Shown here one piece after another: positions 61,753 through 64,000 of a stretch of 64,000 nt of DNA. The notes beneath the pieces are model-generated. The model was not told where the DNA came from. It made no database searches and saw nothing but the letters and a program-made list of their open reading frames with translations. Position numbers and translations under genes: made by a program. Every line of letters begins with the position of its first letter. The stretch's first letter is position 1. Source of the DNA: Felis catus (taxonomy: Eukaryota); the NCBI RefSeq assembly GCF_018350175.1, contig NC_058368.1, positions 209,748,001-209,812,000 on the forward strand, read 5' to 3'.

Positions 61753-62587
61753 AAAAAATGCTAGCTGGGACCCACAAAACTTATGACCCATAGTTTGAAA
61801 AACAGTGACCTAGGAGATTATCCCACAGTGTGTTTCAGATGAAGTCCTGGGTTTGCAATGCTTGACCAGAATTAATTTCCAGGATTAGAGTATTCTAACG
61901 GAGAAAGCCACTGCTTGACCTGGACTCCAACTACAACTATTTTTAAGTTACTTATTCTCTGAAGCTCACCTTTCTTGTATATAAAATGGATGTAATAATG
62001 CCACCTCACAGAACTGTTGTGAGCTGCCTGGCACATAGCAGGTTTTGAACATATGCCTTCCCCTTCTGTACTGGAAGGGTTTTATCTTCTACCTGGTTAG
62101 AGTCCCTTACTGTTAAAGTAAACGAGGGCATTCTGAAGTGGAAGGGGATTATTGCTAAGAGCACTGATTTAGGACTAGAGTAATCCTGCACGTGGAGTTC
62201 AGGCACAATTGCATTCAGAGGCAGAGTGCAGGAAGCCTCTCGGAGGTTTGGGGAGAGGAAGACGTGTCCGGTTTACAGTGATGCTTTCACTGGAATTCCT
62301 CTCTCTGACCTTCTCCTAGTGCTTATTGCATGCATGTTATTACTCGTTTAATGATTTTCCCTGCTAGGAACTGTGTTTGGCTGGTAAACAGTAGGTGCCC
62401 AAAATATTGCTGAATTAATGCAAATTATGGGTCAGACTTCTCATCTGAAGAATTTAGCCAAGAACCCCTGTGAGGTACTGAGGGAGGAGCTAGAAAGACT
62501 GAATTTTTAATTTTCAAGGTAATGAATAGTAATCACTAGGATGCTGTGATTTGCTTTATAATGGAGCTACTTAGACAGGTTTTCTGT

Positions 62588-62588
62588 T

Positions 62589-62623
<35 letters not shown>
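62588..62623. repeat. (GTT)n microsatellite
   Basis: Direct reading. Confidence 0.92.
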
Positions 62624-62624
<1 letters not shown>

Positions 62625-63345
62625 TTCAGTCTGTGAGAGCCTCCTACTTCTGTTACCTGAGGAAGAGACCCAGAACATCTGGCATAAGAATCCATACCAC
62701 CATTGGCATTGTTTTCTTGTGATGTATTTCTATCTCTCCTCCCCCATTAGACTGTAAATTCCTTGAATCTGTTTTATGATGATGCCTGTTGTTGTGTTCT
62801 ATGTATGCATGATCATTTACCTTCAAAGCTACCATAGCAATGTAGATGTTGTTATATCTCCATTTTATAGATGACAGGACTGACAGACAGAGAGGGTATA
62901 ACACTTCCTCAAGGTCACACAGTTAGGAAATAGCAGAGCCAGGATTCAAACTCATCCCTGTAAGGCCAGAGCTGGGCACATACCCACAGCACTCATGGCA
63001 CCTCCCTTCTTCATGGCCTCCACATGCTTGCACTCGATAAATACAAATTGATGGTTGGTTAGTTGGTAGACCCAGGAATTTGTGATCTGATTTCTTACAG
63101 ACAAGCGGGAGACTAACTTGTCCAGCTCCGGGTTGGAATAGAGCATTTCAGGATCCTGAGCCTGGTCTGTGGGAGCATTGCTTCGGAGCATAGAGCCTGA
63201 GGAATGGTGGTGTGAGAGATGATGCTTTAGGGGGACTAGAAATGGAAAACCAGGAAGTCTTTTGAGGCTAGGTGAGAGGACTAGGCAGAGGGAGAGAGGA
63301 TGAGAGAGAGAGGAAAAGAAAGACAGTGATTACATGCAGTCACGG

Positions 63346-64000
63346 TGATGAGGTTTTGGGGTGATGGGGTTCAGAGCCGACGGCCAAGAAAGAATTCTTG
63401 AAGTCATCTTTGGTGCAAAAAGGTGATTTTATTAAAGCACAGGGATGGGACCCGTGGGCAGAAAGAGCTGCCCTGGGACCATGAGGAGAGACTGGTTACA
63501 AACTTGGGAGTTGAGGGAGATAAATCCCAGGGGAAGTTTCCAAAGTGAGTTTCATATGCTAAAGAAGACTCACAGGATCCCGGAGGCCTGGCTATTGTCA
63601 AACTAAGGTTGTTTTTCCCTCTAGCAAAGCATTAACATTAAGACAGGAGGGAGTTCCTGGAGAAACATTTTACTCTGCCAGCCTCAAGTATTTGTCAGTG
63701 GGCTGTAGGTTATAAGGAAATTTAATTTCTTCTGCCATTTTCTTCTTGCTTTTGTTTCTCATATCACAATGGAGGGAAGGTGATGTTGGGGCTCCAGGAA
63801 ACTGAGTCTATAGGCTTCTGGAGATTAGACTATTGATAAGATTGTCCTTTTCCTTGTAATTTACTAAGATATTGTAAACTGATGGAGACTCACCTCCTGC
63901 ATGACTATGATCCCTATCAGTTAACCATTTGTTTCCTTTCCTTTGTCTTTGGGCAGCCAGGGGTGCCTGAGGAATATCACACATACCCCATGGAGGTGGG
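63346..64000 (-). mobile_element. Carnivore ERV1-class LTR, running off the window edge
   Basis: Starts TGATGAGG (CA end on the minus strand); minus-strand AATAAA at about 63428; GCCAAGAAAGAATTCTTG...TTTGGTGCAAAAAGGTGATTTTATTAAAGCA is a recurring carnivore LTR motif. Confidence 0.7.

Noticed and set aside
1..64000. CRISPR arrays, operons, rRNA, snoRNA or known miRNA genes
   Set aside because: Eukaryotic repeat-rich DNA with no repeat-spacer array and no RNA family I recognise; an Rfam search would be needed to exclude them fully

Overview
Mammalian, most likely felid (cat-like), genomic DNA, inferred from about 35 tRNA-derived CAN-SINEs (two of the young Felidae type) and carnivore L1 3' ends. 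I cannot support any protein-coding gene: the ORF-track entries are SINE, L1, ERV, microsatellite or GC-rich artefacts. Much of the window is interspersed repeat: CAN-SINE, L1, MIR, L2, MLT1, MER5/MER91, an ancient two-LTR ERVL-class provirus at about 40.9-46.1 kb, and an ERV1-type LTR at the right edge. Two CpG-rich promoter-like regions (about 6.3-7.4 kb and 27.3-28.9 kb) carry consensus splice donors pointing outward, and several well-formed non-coding exon candidates suggest lncRNA transcription. Best observations: (1) a ~340-bp unexplained palindrome at 4608-4946 whose arm differences are almost all transitions; (2) an apparent L1 3' transduction at a thrice-copied target site at 60594-61764; (3) the degenerate ERVL provirus with recognisable gag, RNase H and dUTPase remnants; (4) MYB-motif-rich orphan promoters. 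Repeat subfamily names come from recalled consensus features, not a database search, and boundaries are approximate unless TSDs are given.
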